From contig JAVKIJ010000016.1 of the NCBI GenBank assembly GCA_031459535.1, forward strand, positions 1 to 45,115: DNA of 45,115 nucleotides, written 5' to 3'. Of this stretch, positions 1-8,993 are shown piece by piece. The translations under genes were made by a program, and so were the position numbers. Under the pieces are notes generated by a model. It was given only the letters and a program-made list of their open reading frames with translations, ran no database searches and was not told where the DNA came from. Source of the DNA: Candidatus Fervidifonticultor quintus (GTDB taxonomy: Bacteria > Sysuimicrobiota > Sysuimicrobiia > Sysuimicrobiales > Humicultoraceae). Each line of letters opens with the position of its first letter. The first letter of the stretch is position 1.

Positions 1-345
1 CAGGTGCCGCCGGCGGAACTCGCTGATCGTCCGAAAGTCCGGGGCATTGCCCGCGGCCAGGACCCGAAAGGCCACGTCCTCGTGCAGCCGGCGGGCCACG
101 CGCCGCGAGCTGTAGACGCCCGTGCAGTAGGCGTACAGCAGGACCTTGACCATCATGGCCGGGTGGTAGGGCGGGCCGCCTCGCAACTCATCCTCGTAGG
201 TAGTCTCGATGGCGCTCAGATCAAAGCTCTCCACCAGGTCGCTGATGAAATAAGCCAGGTGCCCCTCGGGCAGCCACTCCTGGAGCGAGGGCGGGAGGAT
301 CAGGAGCTGATGCGGACTGTAGGGACGGTACTCTTTGGTCGGCAT
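1..345 (-). CDS. IS1182-family transposase, N-terminal part (runs off window start)
   Basis: Not in the ORF track. Minus strand from ATG 345 reads MPTKEYRPYSPHQLLILPPSLQEWLPEGHLAYFISDLVESFDLSAIETTYEDELRGGPPYHPAMMVKVLLYAYCTGVYSSRRVARRLHEDVAFRVLAAGNAPDFRTISEFRRRHL, the typical IS1182 N-terminal (DUF772) pattern. Confidence 0.9.
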   Translation of the reverse strand, partial: MPTKEYRPYSPHQLLILPPSLQEWLPEGHLAYFISDLVESFDLSAIETTYEDELRGGPPYHPAMMVKVLLYAYCTGVYSSRRVARRLHEDVAFRVLAAGNAPDFRTISEFRRRHL

Positions 346-407
346 GGACAACGATTCGACTTTAGCGCACTAAAGTCCTGTCCAAGACCGATTTCTCGGA
401 CAGGCTC
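1..407 (-). mobile_element. IS1182-family insertion sequence, left end
   Basis: Transposase as above. Putative terminus GAGCCTGTCCGAGAAAT (minus strand, 407-391) abuts CTAG (408-411), a plausible target site. 8-bp inverted repeat gactttag/ctaaagtc at 358-377. Other end lies outside the window. Confidence 0.7.
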
Positions 408-414
408 CTAGGGG

Positions 415-2442
415 CTAGATGACCGGCGGCCGCAGCATCGCCTCGCGCGTCTTGCGCGCCGCCAACCGCAGCGCCGGCATCGGCAGCCCCTCGAGCTGCA
501 TGAGGATCTCCGCCGCCTGCAGGATCGTCCGCTGGAGATCGCCTTCTTCGACATCGCTGGCGGCGACCAGTCTCGTCCACTCCATCCCCCGCGTCCAGTG
601 CTCTGCGGCCTCGGCCCGGCGCTCCGCAGGCGATGGCAGGACACGAGGGCGGGCTCGCTGCCACTCCGCTTTGAACTCCTCGGCCACGGGGTCAGGTTCC
701 AGGCCCATCTCGCCCTCCAGGCGCGCCACCTCTGCGACCAGATGCGCCAGCGCCGCCAGGCGCGCCCTACCGCCACCCGCCTTCGGGGCGCGTTCGGTGC
801 CCAGGGCTGCGGCGAAGGCGGCGAGGTGGGGCTCCGCAGTGGGCAGCTGCCCCCGGCGCACCAGTTCGGCGAGCACCAACAGCCGAGGATGGCGCAGCCG
901 CATGGCCCACTGCCCGGCGTGGGTGAGGCGGGCCTGCCGGTCGAGGTAGCCGAGCGTCTGGAGCACGGCCGCGTGGAGGAGAAACCCGACGGCCAGGCTA
1001 TCGCGCGCTCCGCTGGCGGCCTCGCCGATCTGGCCCGGCGGCAATCGTCGCGACAGGCGTACTCGCCGGGCGGCGAGCCCCTGAAACGCGGCGAACGACC
1101 GGTCCAGTTCGCTCAGCGCCTCATCAAGCGTGCGCCGGGCCAGCAGGTTCAGCACCTGCGTGTACGACGGTGCGAACGCCGACTCCACTGGATCGGGGTC
1201 GGCTTGGGCCATCGCCAGCCCCAGATGCGCCTCACTCTTCTCTGACGCCGGGATCACCACGACGCCGGTGCGATCGCGGCCGCGGCGCCCGGCGCGGCCC
1301 GCCATCTGCTGGAACTCAGTCGCCGAGAGCGCGACCGGGCCCTGGGGGCTGTTCCGGACCAGCGTGCTGAGCACGACGGTGCGCGCCGGCACGTCGAGAC
1401 CGCTGGCCAGTGTGGTGGTGGCGGCGACGGCTCGAATGAGGCCCCTAGCCAGCAGATCCTCCACCGCGAGGCGCCAGGCCATCAGGTGCCCCGCGTGGTG
1501 GGGCGCGACGCCCGACTGGATCAGCGTGTGCCGGAACGGGTGCCCCATCAGCGTGGGATACTCGCGCTCCCAGAGGCCGAGTGCCCGCGCCCGTTCCTCG
1601 GCGCCGGGTTGGCGCATCGGCGCCAGCTCGCGCACGGCCTGATCACACTCGCGCCGCGAGGGGAAGAACAGAATCGCCGGGAGCAGATTGCCGGCATGGA
1701 GCTGGCGCATCAGCTCCGCAATCCAAAGGCGGTGCCGCTCCACGCGCCGCAACCGTCCGGCCAGGGCGGGTGGGATCAGACGACCTCGCGCGTCCGCCAG
1801 CAGCACGCGAAGCGGGACGGGGCGCTCGTGCTCATAGATGATCCGCGGCGGTCGACCGCGTACTCGCCCCAGCCAGTCTGCGAGCTCCTCGGCGTTGGGG
1901 ATGGAGGCCGACAGCAGCAGCAGCCTGGCGCCCTGCGGCGCCAGCATGAGAATCTCTTCCCACGCGGTCCCGCGCTCACTGTCACCCAGGTAGTGCGCCT
2001 CGTCCAGGATGATGAAACCGATCCCGTCGCCCCCGCCGTAGAGGATGTTGCGCAGGATCTCCGTGGTACCCACGACGATGGGCGCGCCCGGGTTGATTCG
2101 CCGCTCTCCCGTCAGCAGGCCGACCGCGGCGGCACCGAAGAGCCGCTGGAACTGCCGGAACTTCTGGTTGGAGAGCGCTTTCAGGGGCGTGGTGTACCAG
2201 GTCTGCCCGGTCCCCGCCACCCTGGCCCGGATGGCTTCCTGCGCGATCCAGGTCTTTCCGCTCCCCGTGGGCGCCGAGACCAGCACATCGTGCGAGACCA
2301 GCGCGGCCAGGGCCTCTTGCTGGAATCGCGCGGGAACGAACGGGCCCGGCGGGACCTCGCCGATCTCGACGAGCACGGGTTCCAGCCCGGGGTGCAGGTG
2401 GGTGGCGCCGCGATCAGCCGTTGCGGTGACGGACGACATCAC
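415..2442 (-). CDS. Ski2/HelY-like DEAD/DEAH-box (SF2) RNA helicase
   Basis: Motifs APTGSGKT, YTTPLKALSNQK, DEAH, LLSAS, HHAG, TLASGLDVPA, QMAGRAGRRG. Start placed at GTG 2442/ATG 2439, just after a TATACT -10 box, rather than at 2679. Confidence 0.88.
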   Translation of the reverse strand: MMSSVTATADRGATHLHPGLEPVLVEIGEVPPGPFVPARFQQEALAALVSHDVLVSAPTGSGKTWIAQEAIRARVAGTGQTWYTTPLKALSNQKFRQFQRLFGAAAVGLLTGERRINPGAPIVVGTTEILRNILYGGGDGIGFIILDEAHYLGDSERGTAWEEILMLAPQGARLLLLSASIPNAEELADWLGRVRGRPPRIIYEHERPVPLRVLLADARGRLIPPALAGRLRRVERHRLWIAELMRQLHAGNLLPAILFFPSRRECDQAVRELAPMRQPGAEERARALGLWEREYPTLMGHPFRHTLIQSGVAPHHAGHLMAWRLAVEDLLARGLIRAVAATTTLASGLDVPARTVVLSTLVRNSPQGPVALSATEFQQMAGRAGRRGRDRTGVVVIPASEKSEAHLGLAMAQADPDPVESAFAPSYTQVLNLLARRTLDEALSELDRSFAAFQGLAARRVRLSRRLPPGQIGEAASGARDSLAVGFLLHAAVLQTLGYLDRQARLTHAGQWAMRLRHPRLLVLAELVRRGQLPTAEPHLAAFAAALGTERAPKAGGGRARLAALAHLVAEVARLEGEMGLEPDPVAEEFKAEWQRARPRVLPSPAERRAEAAEHWTRGMEWTRLVAASDVEEGDLQRTILQAAEILMQLEGLPMPALRLAARKTREAMLRPPVI

Positions 2443-2448
2443 ATTGCC

Positions 2449-2454
2449 AGTATA
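2449..2454 (-). promoter_or_regulatory. -10 box of probable leaderless helicase transcript
   Basis: TATACT on minus strand; predicted +1 (2442) coincides with the in-frame GTG. Confidence 0.5.
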
Positions 2455-2588
2455 GCGCCTAAGGAGACGGGGCGTGCGAATCTGTGCTGGAGGGTGATTT
2501 CTGCAAACCAACTCGCCGGCGCAGGCCCAAATCGGGTCCGGACCGGATAGGCACCCCGCTTGGGCGCAGGTTATCGTGGAGCCAGCCA

Positions 2589-2763
2589 AGGGCCCCGGAT
2601 ACAGCCGGCGCTCTCGGTGGGCAAACTGAGGCAACCCCTGGCGAGGGCAGGAGCAGGCCGCGAACAAGAAGCGGACCAACGCCTCCTCAGTAAGGCACCA
2701 GGCCGGACCGCCCAGTCACCCGCGCGGAGTACCGAGAGCGAGATTGAGCCTATCCGGGGCCTT
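2589..2763. ncRNA. Candidate structured ncRNA (rod with central bubble, 6S-like)
   Basis: Long-range stems 2591-2601/2751-2761 (11 bp) and 2609-2618/2731-2740 (10 bp), plus inner pairings 2625-2631/2685-2691. Intergenic, with a pyrimidine-rich tract after 2763. Confidence 0.5.
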
Positions 2764-2848
2764 CCTCTATTCCATTCATTCCATTTGCCGGTTCTACCGG
2801 CGCATCGTCGCCTGACACGGACGGTCCCGACGGCGTACACTGAGGACT

Positions 2849-3307
2849 GTGCGTACCCGCGCCACCGCCGTGCTCGAGTCGCTGGGCATCCCCTATGAGC
2901 TGCTCGAGTTCGAGGCCGAAGAGTACACGGCAGCCGAAGCCGTGGAGCGGCTAGGACTGCGTGCAGCCCAGCTCTTCAAGACCCTCGTGGTCCGCACTGA
3001 CCAGGGACAGGTGATGCTGGCGTGTGTCCCGGCCGACCGCGAGTTGAACCTGCGGGCCCTGGCCAGGGTGGCGGGCGCGAAGCGGGTCGAGCTGGTGGAC
3101 GCCTCTGAGTTGATGCGGCTCGTCGGCTACGTCAAGGGCGCGGTGTCGCCGCTAGGAACCCGGCGGCGCTGCGCCACGTTCATCGACCGGTCGGCACTCG
3201 ACCACGCCAGAGTCAGTGTGAGCGCCGGGCTCCGTGGCCTGCAGATCTGGCTCGACCCTCGGGACCTGGCGCGCGCCACGACCGCGCGGGTCGAGCCCCT
3301 GACATGA
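2849..3307 (+). CDS. ybaK: YbaK/EbsC family aminoacyl-tRNA deacylase
   Basis: QLFKTLVV, GYVKGAVSPLG and SAGLRGLQI motifs; 152 aa; CTGACA-18-TACACT promoter directly before the GTG. Confidence 0.88.
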   Translation: MRTRATAVLESLGIPYELLEFEAEEYTAAEAVERLGLRAAQLFKTLVVRTDQGQVMLACVPADRELNLRALARVAGAKRVELVDASELMRLVGYVKGAVSPLGTRRRCATFIDRSALDHARVSVSAGLRGLQIWLDPRDLARATTARVEPLT

Positions 3308-5769
3308 GGCGAAAACAGCAGCCGGTGAGAGGTCTGGCCGTGGCGCGGTTCCTGGCAGCCGCGGTCCCATTTGTGTTGGTACCGCCGGCCCTGTATGTGG
3401 CGCTCCTGCCCCTCGCCGACACGACCGTGTCCGCGGGCCGACTGGTGCTCACCGGAGCAGCCGGCGCGCTCGGCATCGGCCTTCCGGCGCTCGCCCTCCA
3501 CGTCGCCGAAGTCCGGGCTGGGCGGCGAGCCGCCATCGCCTTCCTGACCTTCGCGGCCGCTGCGGCGGCGGTGGGCATCGCGGCCGGTGCGCGGGTCCTG
3601 GATGCGCTTGGTGTCGCCCTCGTCCTCCAGGTGGCGGCATACGGCTACGGCCGGTGGCTGGTCCGGTGGGGAGGCGCCGGCGCCGTTCCCACGTCACTCG
3701 CCGCCGGGTGGGGCGTGCTCGTCATCTGCGCTCTGGCGCTCGGGCATCTCGGGTTCCTCACCAGGCCAGCCGTCGCGGCCATCGGCATGGTGGGGATCGT
3801 CCTGGCTGCTGCTGGGCTCGCCCGACGCGCGCGCTCGAGCTCGCCTCCGGCGTCGGCCTCGGTTCCTCCCCGCAGCGACCCTTGCGTCCCGGTGGCGTGG
3901 TGGTGGGGCGTCGTGGTGCTGCTGCTGGTGGGGTTCGTGGGCGCGGCCGCGCCAGAGGTGCGCCACGACGCGCTCACGGCGCACCTGCCCATCGCGCGCG
4001 AGTTCGCGGCGCGGGGGCGCATCGTCGAGATCCGCCACAACGCCGCCAGCTACTTTCAGTTGAATGCCGACCTCCTCTACGCAATAGGCATGCTGCTCCT
4101 GCCCGGCGAGGGCCTGCCGAAGTTCCTGCACTTCGGCGCCGGCGTCGCGGCCACCCTGATCGTCTACCGGATCGGTGCGCGACTCTGGGACGCCAGGGTG
4201 GGTCTGGCTGCAGCTGCGGTGGTGGCGGGCACGCCGCTGTGGTGGTGGGTGGGTGGTACGGCGTACACCGACCTCTGGGTCGCGCTGTTCGCCGTGGCGG
4301 CGCTCGACGGTCTGCTGGACTATGCCGGCAGGCCCGGACCGGCACGCGCCGCCCTCATCGGATTGTTGGCCGGGGCAGCGGTCGGGAGCAAGATCACGGG
4401 CGTGGCCACGGTCGCCCCGATGGTGGCCGTGTTCGCGGCATGGTCGTTGGCGCTCCGCAGGCGACGCCGGGCCCTTGCGATCGCGGCTCTCGTCGTCAGT
4501 GCGGCAGCATCGGGCGGGTACTGGTACGCCCGCGCCTTTGCGCTCACCGGAGACCCGGTCTACCCGCTGTCCCGGCTGATTGTCTCCATCGGTGCGCCGC
4601 GTGCGGCGCCGCTGGGTCCGATGACCTTTGGCGCGGGACGTGCGCCGCAGGACCTGCTACTCCTGCCCTGGCGCACCACACGGCATCCCGAGTGGTTCGT
4701 CGAAGATGGCTGGTTGGGCATCGCCTATCTTGTGGCCTTGCCGCCGGCCATGATCGCTGCGGTCCGCGGACGGATCCCGCGCTGGTTCGTCGTCATGTTC
4801 CTGGCCGCCGGGCTCTTCTGGGCATGGACCGCCCAGTACCTCCGGTACCTGCTGCCCGCGCTTCCCCTGGCCGCGCTGCTGGCGGCGGCCGGGACCCTGG
4901 GTCAGGGGGGCCCGGCGCACCGAGGGTGGGTCGCAGTGCTCGTCCTCTGCCTGGCCCTTGGCGCGGGCGCATGGGCCGCGCCCGGGCCTCCGAACTTTCC
5001 CTGGCCGGTGGCGGCCCGGACGATGTCGCGCGAGCGTTATCTGGAGCGGTACGTCCCGGGATATTCGGTCGCCTCGTTTGCCAGGCGGACGCTCCCGGAG
5101 CGGGCGCGGATCCTGGGTGTGGGTGAAGACCGGGCGTGGCTCTACGACCATTTCTTCGTGCCGATCTCGTGGTACGGACGCCGGTATCACCGGCAGCTGC
5201 GCACCGAGGTCCTCTCGGCGCGCACCGGCGCCGACGTCGAGCACGTGCTGGCCCGTGCCGGATTCACGCACTTGGTGCTCTATCCCGACTATCCGCTGGC
5301 CGGCCTGGGAGAGGTCGCCGGCTCGTGGGTCGCCCGCTCAGCTCTGTGGAAAGAGGGCCCCCGGCTCGAGTACGCCGATGCGGGCCGGTACCTGTTGACC
5401 GTCGCGAGCCCGCTCGGTCCACGCGTGCCCGGGCAGACGTTGCTGGATCAGGCGCAAGTCTCCCGCGCCGCCCAGGCGCCGATCATCTACGCGATCTCCA
5501 TCGCCCAGGAGGCGCTCTACGGCCTGGAGGTGGAGATCCGATCTACCGGTGACGGTGCAGACGCAGACCTCATCGTCCGGTGGACCGATCCCGCGGGGCG
5601 ACCGATCGGGACGGGCGTCGAGCGGCACGTGCGCGCCGGTCCGGCGTGGGCGCGCATCCGGCTGGCGGGCACGGCCCCACGCGGCGCCGCGTCCGCGCAG
5701 ATCGAGATCAAACCGGCTCCCGCGCGTGCTGTTGAGGTCGGGGCGCTGAAGTTCTTCGAACTCCGATGA
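3304..5769 (+). CDS. Polytopic membrane protein, GT-C (ArnT/PMT-like) glycosyltransferase-like, with C-terminal soluble beta-rich domain
   Basis: Many hydrophobic helices; DALTAHLPIAR, AYTDL, GSKITG, WYARAFALTGDPVYP, RYLLPALP segments typical of GT-C-like proteins; convergent with a GT2 gene. Confidence 0.6.
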   Translation: MRRKQQPVRGLAVARFLAAAVPFVLVPPALYVALLPLADTTVSAGRLVLTGAAGALGIGLPALALHVAEVRAGRRAAIAFLTFAAAAAAVGIAAGARVLDALGVALVLQVAAYGYGRWLVRWGGAGAVPTSLAAGWGVLVICALALGHLGFLTRPAVAAIGMVGIVLAAAGLARRARSSSPPASASVPPRSDPCVPVAWWWGVVVLLLVGFVGAAAPEVRHDALTAHLPIAREFAARGRIVEIRHNAASYFQLNADLLYAIGMLLLPGEGLPKFLHFGAGVAATLIVYRIGARLWDARVGLAAAAVVAGTPLWWWVGGTAYTDLWVALFAVAALDGLLDYAGRPGPARAALIGLLAGAAVGSKITGVATVAPMVAVFAAWSLALRRRRRALAIAALVVSAAASGGYWYARAFALTGDPVYPLSRLIVSIGAPRAAPLGPMTFGAGRAPQDLLLLPWRTTRHPEWFVEDGWLGIAYLVALPPAMIAAVRGRIPRWFVVMFLAAGLFWAWTAQYLRYLLPALPLAALLAAAGTLGQGGPAHRGWVAVLVLCLALGAGAWAAPGPPNFPWPVAARTMSRERYLERYVPGYSVASFARRTLPERARILGVGEDRAWLYDHFFVPISWYGRRYHRQLRTEVLSARTGADVEHVLARAGFTHLVLYPDYPLAGLGEVAGSWVARSALWKEGPRLEYADAGRYLLTVASPLGPRVPGQTLLDQAQVSRAAQAPIIYAISIAQEALYGLEVEIRSTGDGADADLIVRWTDPAGRPIGTGVERHVRAGPAWARIRLAGTAPRGAASAQIEIKPAPARAVEVGALKFFELR

Positions 5770-5785
5770 GCCGCGCCGCGGCGCG

Positions 5786-6481
5786 TCACGGGCGCACGCT
5801 GTAGCGGACGACGCACCACAGACTGGTCAGCGCGTCCTTCAGCCTGACCTTCTTGCCCTCGGCCCGCGTCCGCGGTCGGTACGAGATGGGGACCTCCCGG
5901 ATGCGCCATCCGCCCCTGGCGATCTTCACGGTCACCTCAGGGTCGAACCCGAAACGGTCCTCGCGCAGGTCGAGACGCTCGAGCACGTCACGCCGGAAGA
6001 CCTTGTAGCAGACGCAGACGTCCGAGAGGCCGAGCCGGGTGAAGGCGTTCGCCCACACTGTCAGGGCCCAGTTGCCCAACCGCTGGCCCGATGTCCCCCT
6101 TGAGTTCCTCCCGAGAACCCGGGAACCGTAGACCACGTCGGCCTCGCCGCGCAGTAGCGGCGCGAGCAGCCGCGGGTAATCCCGCGGGTCGTACTCGAGG
6201 TCGGCGTCCTGCACCAGCACGACCTCGCCCCTGGCCTCCCGAAAGCCTCGCCGCAGCGCCGCGCCCTTGCCGGCGTTGGCGGGCTGCGGCAGCACCCGCA
6301 TCTGGGCTCCGAGGTCTCCGTTCAGCCGCCGGAGTACGTCCAGCGTGCCGTCGGTCGAGCCGTCGTCCACCACGATGATCTCTTTGTCGGTCCGCTCGGC
6401 GCAGACCCGGCGAACCAACTCCTCGATGGTGGCGCGCTCGTTATACGCCGGGATGATGACCGACAGCAGCGGACGCATCAC
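5786..6481 (-). CDS. Glycosyltransferase family 2 (polyprenol-phosphate glycosyltransferase/DPM1-like)
   Basis: SVIIPAYNE, VVDDGSTDGT, NAGKGAAL, QDADLEYDP, VYGSR, EVPISY motifs. Confidence 0.92.
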   Translation of the reverse strand: MMRPLLSVIIPAYNERATIEELVRRVCAERTDKEIIVVDDGSTDGTLDVLRRLNGDLGAQMRVLPQPANAGKGAALRRGFREARGEVVLVQDADLEYDPRDYPRLLAPLLRGEADVVYGSRVLGRNSRGTSGQRLGNWALTVWANAFTRLGLSDVCVCYKVFRRDVLERLDLREDRFGFDPEVTVKIARGGWRIREVPISYRPRTRAEGKKVRLKDALTSLWCVVRYSVRP

Positions 6482-8040
6482 TTCTCGATCTGAAAGGGGA
6501 GGATCTTACCGGCTCTGGTCGGGATCGGCGCCCGGCGCCGCACCACGACCGTCTTCGCTTTGCGCCAGACCTGCACGCCGGCCCGCTGGAATCCATTGTG
6601 GTGGCCCAGCTCCCGCAGGAAGATCTCGCGGGCCAACGCTTCGTCCACGGCGCCGACGCGCGGGCTGATGATCAAAGACAGGCGGAGGATCCCGTCCTCT
6701 TCTTCTTCAACCACCTGGTAGTCCGCCCCGGTCCCCCCGAGGCGGGCCGGCAGCACCTCCTCCAGGATCCGGAGGAGGTCGGTCTGCACGAAGGTCATGC
6801 CCTCCCCGGTGAGTTTCTCAAAGCTTCGGATGCAGGAGAGGTGCACGTCGAGCCCGGCGTCACCGAGCAGACACCCGCAGGACCTGCGTTCCACCCGACC
6901 ATAGTCGCCCGTCTCGACGTTCAGGAGCACCTTGGGCGCCGACGGCAGGAGCGCTGTGACCAGGAACGCGTCGACCTCCATCCCCATGTCCCCCACGGGG
7001 CGGCGTCGCTGCACCAGGCCGTAGCAGTCGGAGAAGAAGTGGAGGTCGTCGGGTGAGGCGGCTGTGCCGCAGCCATAACCGAGGATGCCACCCTCGGTGA
7101 AGGCGTATCGGACCAGGGCCCTGGCGCCCGCTCTCTCTACGACCGCGTGCTTGCCCGCCGTGAACGGCTCGCCAAGGGTGATGAAGCAAACCCCGGAGAG
7201 GTCGGTGCCGCCCTCGGCCGCCGCCGCGGCGACGCGGACGGCCGAGCTGGCATAGGTCGTGAGGCATACGCGCCGTCCACCCCGAAGCCGCGCGGCAAGA
7301 CGCCTGGCCAGCCCTGCGGCATCGGCCAGGTCGTGGTAGGCCGGAACGGGCAACCGACTCCCCCACACCGTCGCCAGCGCGGCGAGGTACCGCGAGCCCG
7401 CCCACACGGGTAGGGGCAGCGGGTCAACCGAATACAACCAGGCGGCCGGCGGCCGGCCGAGCCGGGCGTAGATGAGCGTGGGCGTGAGCCCGGCCACGAG
7501 CCAGATGAGCTGGTCGTGGTGCTCGAGGTCGTGCGCGCGAAATGCCAGCGCCGTGCCCGCCGCCAGTTCTGTTACGAAGGCCAGGTGCATCTTCACCGCG
7601 GTGGCCGGGCCGCGGGTGCCGCCGCTGCGCACCTCGAAGTGGGGCGCGAGCAGGGGGTTGTCGAAATCGGCCTCCGCGAAGGCAAAGCGCGCGCTCCCCC
7701 GCACGGCCTCGCGGCGTCCCTTGAACTCGTCGAAGGTGACGTAGACCCCTGCTGCGGCCAGATGCGAGAGCGCGCCTTCCAGGCCGTGCTCCCCCACCAG
7801 CCGTTCCACGTCGCCGAACTCGCACCCGGCAGCGCGTAGCAGCTTCAGATAGGGGCTGGATGCGTGACCGTAGATGAGGCGCCGGCAGAGGTCCAGGAAG
7901 TGCGCTTCGCGAGCTGCCCGCCGTGCCGCTGCGTGTTGCCACGCCTGTTCGAATGTCAACGGCCTGCGCAGGAAAGGACCGAGGTCACGGGCGAGACGGG
8001 CCAGGCCCCCAAGATCATGGAAGAACCCCGCAGCGTCTAT
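6478..8040 (-). CDS. PaaK/CapK/GH3-like adenylate-forming protein, paralog A
   Basis: RSGGTRG (P-loop-like), YAFTEGG, ETGDYG, RSCGC and C-terminal GKILP. Alignable over its length to 10481-12061. Start extended to ATA 8040 on the basis of paralog homology and an AGGAGG RBS. Confidence 0.65.
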   Translation of the reverse strand: MDAAGFFHDLGGLARLARDLGPFLRRPLTFEQAWQHAAARRAAREAHFLDLCRRLIYGHASSPYLKLLRAAGCEFGDVERLVGEHGLEGALSHLAAAGVYVTFDEFKGRREAVRGSARFAFAEADFDNPLLAPHFEVRSGGTRGPATAVKMHLAFVTELAAGTALAFRAHDLEHHDQLIWLVAGLTPTLIYARLGRPPAAWLYSVDPLPLPVWAGSRYLAALATVWGSRLPVPAYHDLADAAGLARRLAARLRGGRRVCLTTYASSAVRVAAAAAEGGTDLSGVCFITLGEPFTAGKHAVVERAGARALVRYAFTEGGILGYGCGTAASPDDLHFFSDCYGLVQRRRPVGDMGMEVDAFLVTALLPSAPKVLLNVETGDYGRVERRSCGCLLGDAGLDVHLSCIRSFEKLTGEGMTFVQTDLLRILEEVLPARLGGTGADYQVVEEEEDGILRLSLIISPRVGAVDEALAREIFLRELGHHNGFQRAGVQVWRKAKTVVVRRRAPIPTRAGKILPFQIEK

Positions 8041-8849
8041 GGCCGGCCTCCTGCCGGGGCCGCGTGGGGCTTCTCAGCCACGCAGGCGACCAGATAGCCG
8101 TGGCGGCGCACCGCCGGGAAGCGCCGGTACGCCCAGGCGAACGGCCGCGTCAACCAGCCGGTGAGCGCGGCCAGCGGCGACGACCTGACGTGGAACCACA
8201 GGTCCAGGATCCGCAACCAGCCCGGCATGAAGAGGACGCCGCTCGTGGCGGCCACGCGAAACCCGGCCCTGGTGAGCATGCGGCGCAGCCCGCCCGCGGT
8301 GAAGGACTTCTCCATGCCGTAGGGATACACGTGGAGCCATTGCATCACGCCGGACATGACCGGTCGCAGGAAGGGGTCCAGCTTGTTGGGGACGCCGACC
8401 ACGGCGATGCCGCCAGGCTTGAGCACCCGGTACATCTCGCCAATGGCCGTCTCGGTCTCATGGAAGTGCTCGATGGTGCCCATGGAGTAGATCAGGTCGA
8501 ACGAGTTCGACGCGAAGGGGAGCGCGCGGGCATCGGCCACCACGCATCCCGGACGGTGAGCCAGCAGGACGGCCCGCGCATCGCGGGCCACGCTGAAGGA
8601 GATATCGATGCCAAACGGTCGCGCGCCCTGCTCGGCGGCCCACCGCAGGATTTCGGTGTTCTTCGCCTCGTCCCACAGATCCGTCTTGAGCAACCTCCGG
8701 CCAACAAACGCTGGAATGTGATCGCGTAGGAGGATCTCCTCACACTCACGATAGTAGTCCGTGGACACCGCGCCCTTGAGGGAAGGGAAGTGCGCTCCGG
8801 TGTCCTCCCAGAACGAGAGATAGACCGATTCTTCTGGTTGCCGGGGCAC
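8037..8849 (-). CDS. Class I SAM-dependent methyltransferase
   Basis: GIDIS, ADARALPFASNSFDLIYSMGTIEH, EMYRVLKPGG motifs; GTG 8849 preceded by GAGGAGG. Confidence 0.85.
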   Translation of the reverse strand: MPRQPEESVYLSFWEDTGAHFPSLKGAVSTDYYRECEEILLRDHIPAFVGRRLLKTDLWDEAKNTEILRWAAEQGARPFGIDISFSVARDARAVLLAHRPGCVVADARALPFASNSFDLIYSMGTIEHFHETETAIGEMYRVLKPGGIAVVGVPNKLDPFLRPVMSGVMQWLHVYPYGMEKSFTAGGLRRMLTRAGFRVAATSGVLFMPGWLRILDLWFHVRSSPLAALTGWLTRPFAWAYRRFPAVRRHGYLVACVAEKPHAAPAGGRP

Positions 8850-8993
8850 CGACCGAGCGGACCTCCTCGTCGGTTGCAGGACGAGCAAACTCGCCTCCGA
8901 CGTGCGCGACCCGGAGATGACTTCGCGCGCGCCAGCTGCGCCTCCTCTGGCAGGCGTCCCATGCCCAACCCATGAAAAGGGAGCGTCTGGATC

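Noticed and set aside
4-411. 135-aa plus-strand ORF
   Set aside because: Antisense shadow of the IS1182 transposase.
2615-2740. c-di-GMP-I riboswitch (GGGCAAAC present)
   Set aside because: Lacks the GAAA tetraloop, GACGCAAAGC and receptor elements in the right spacing.
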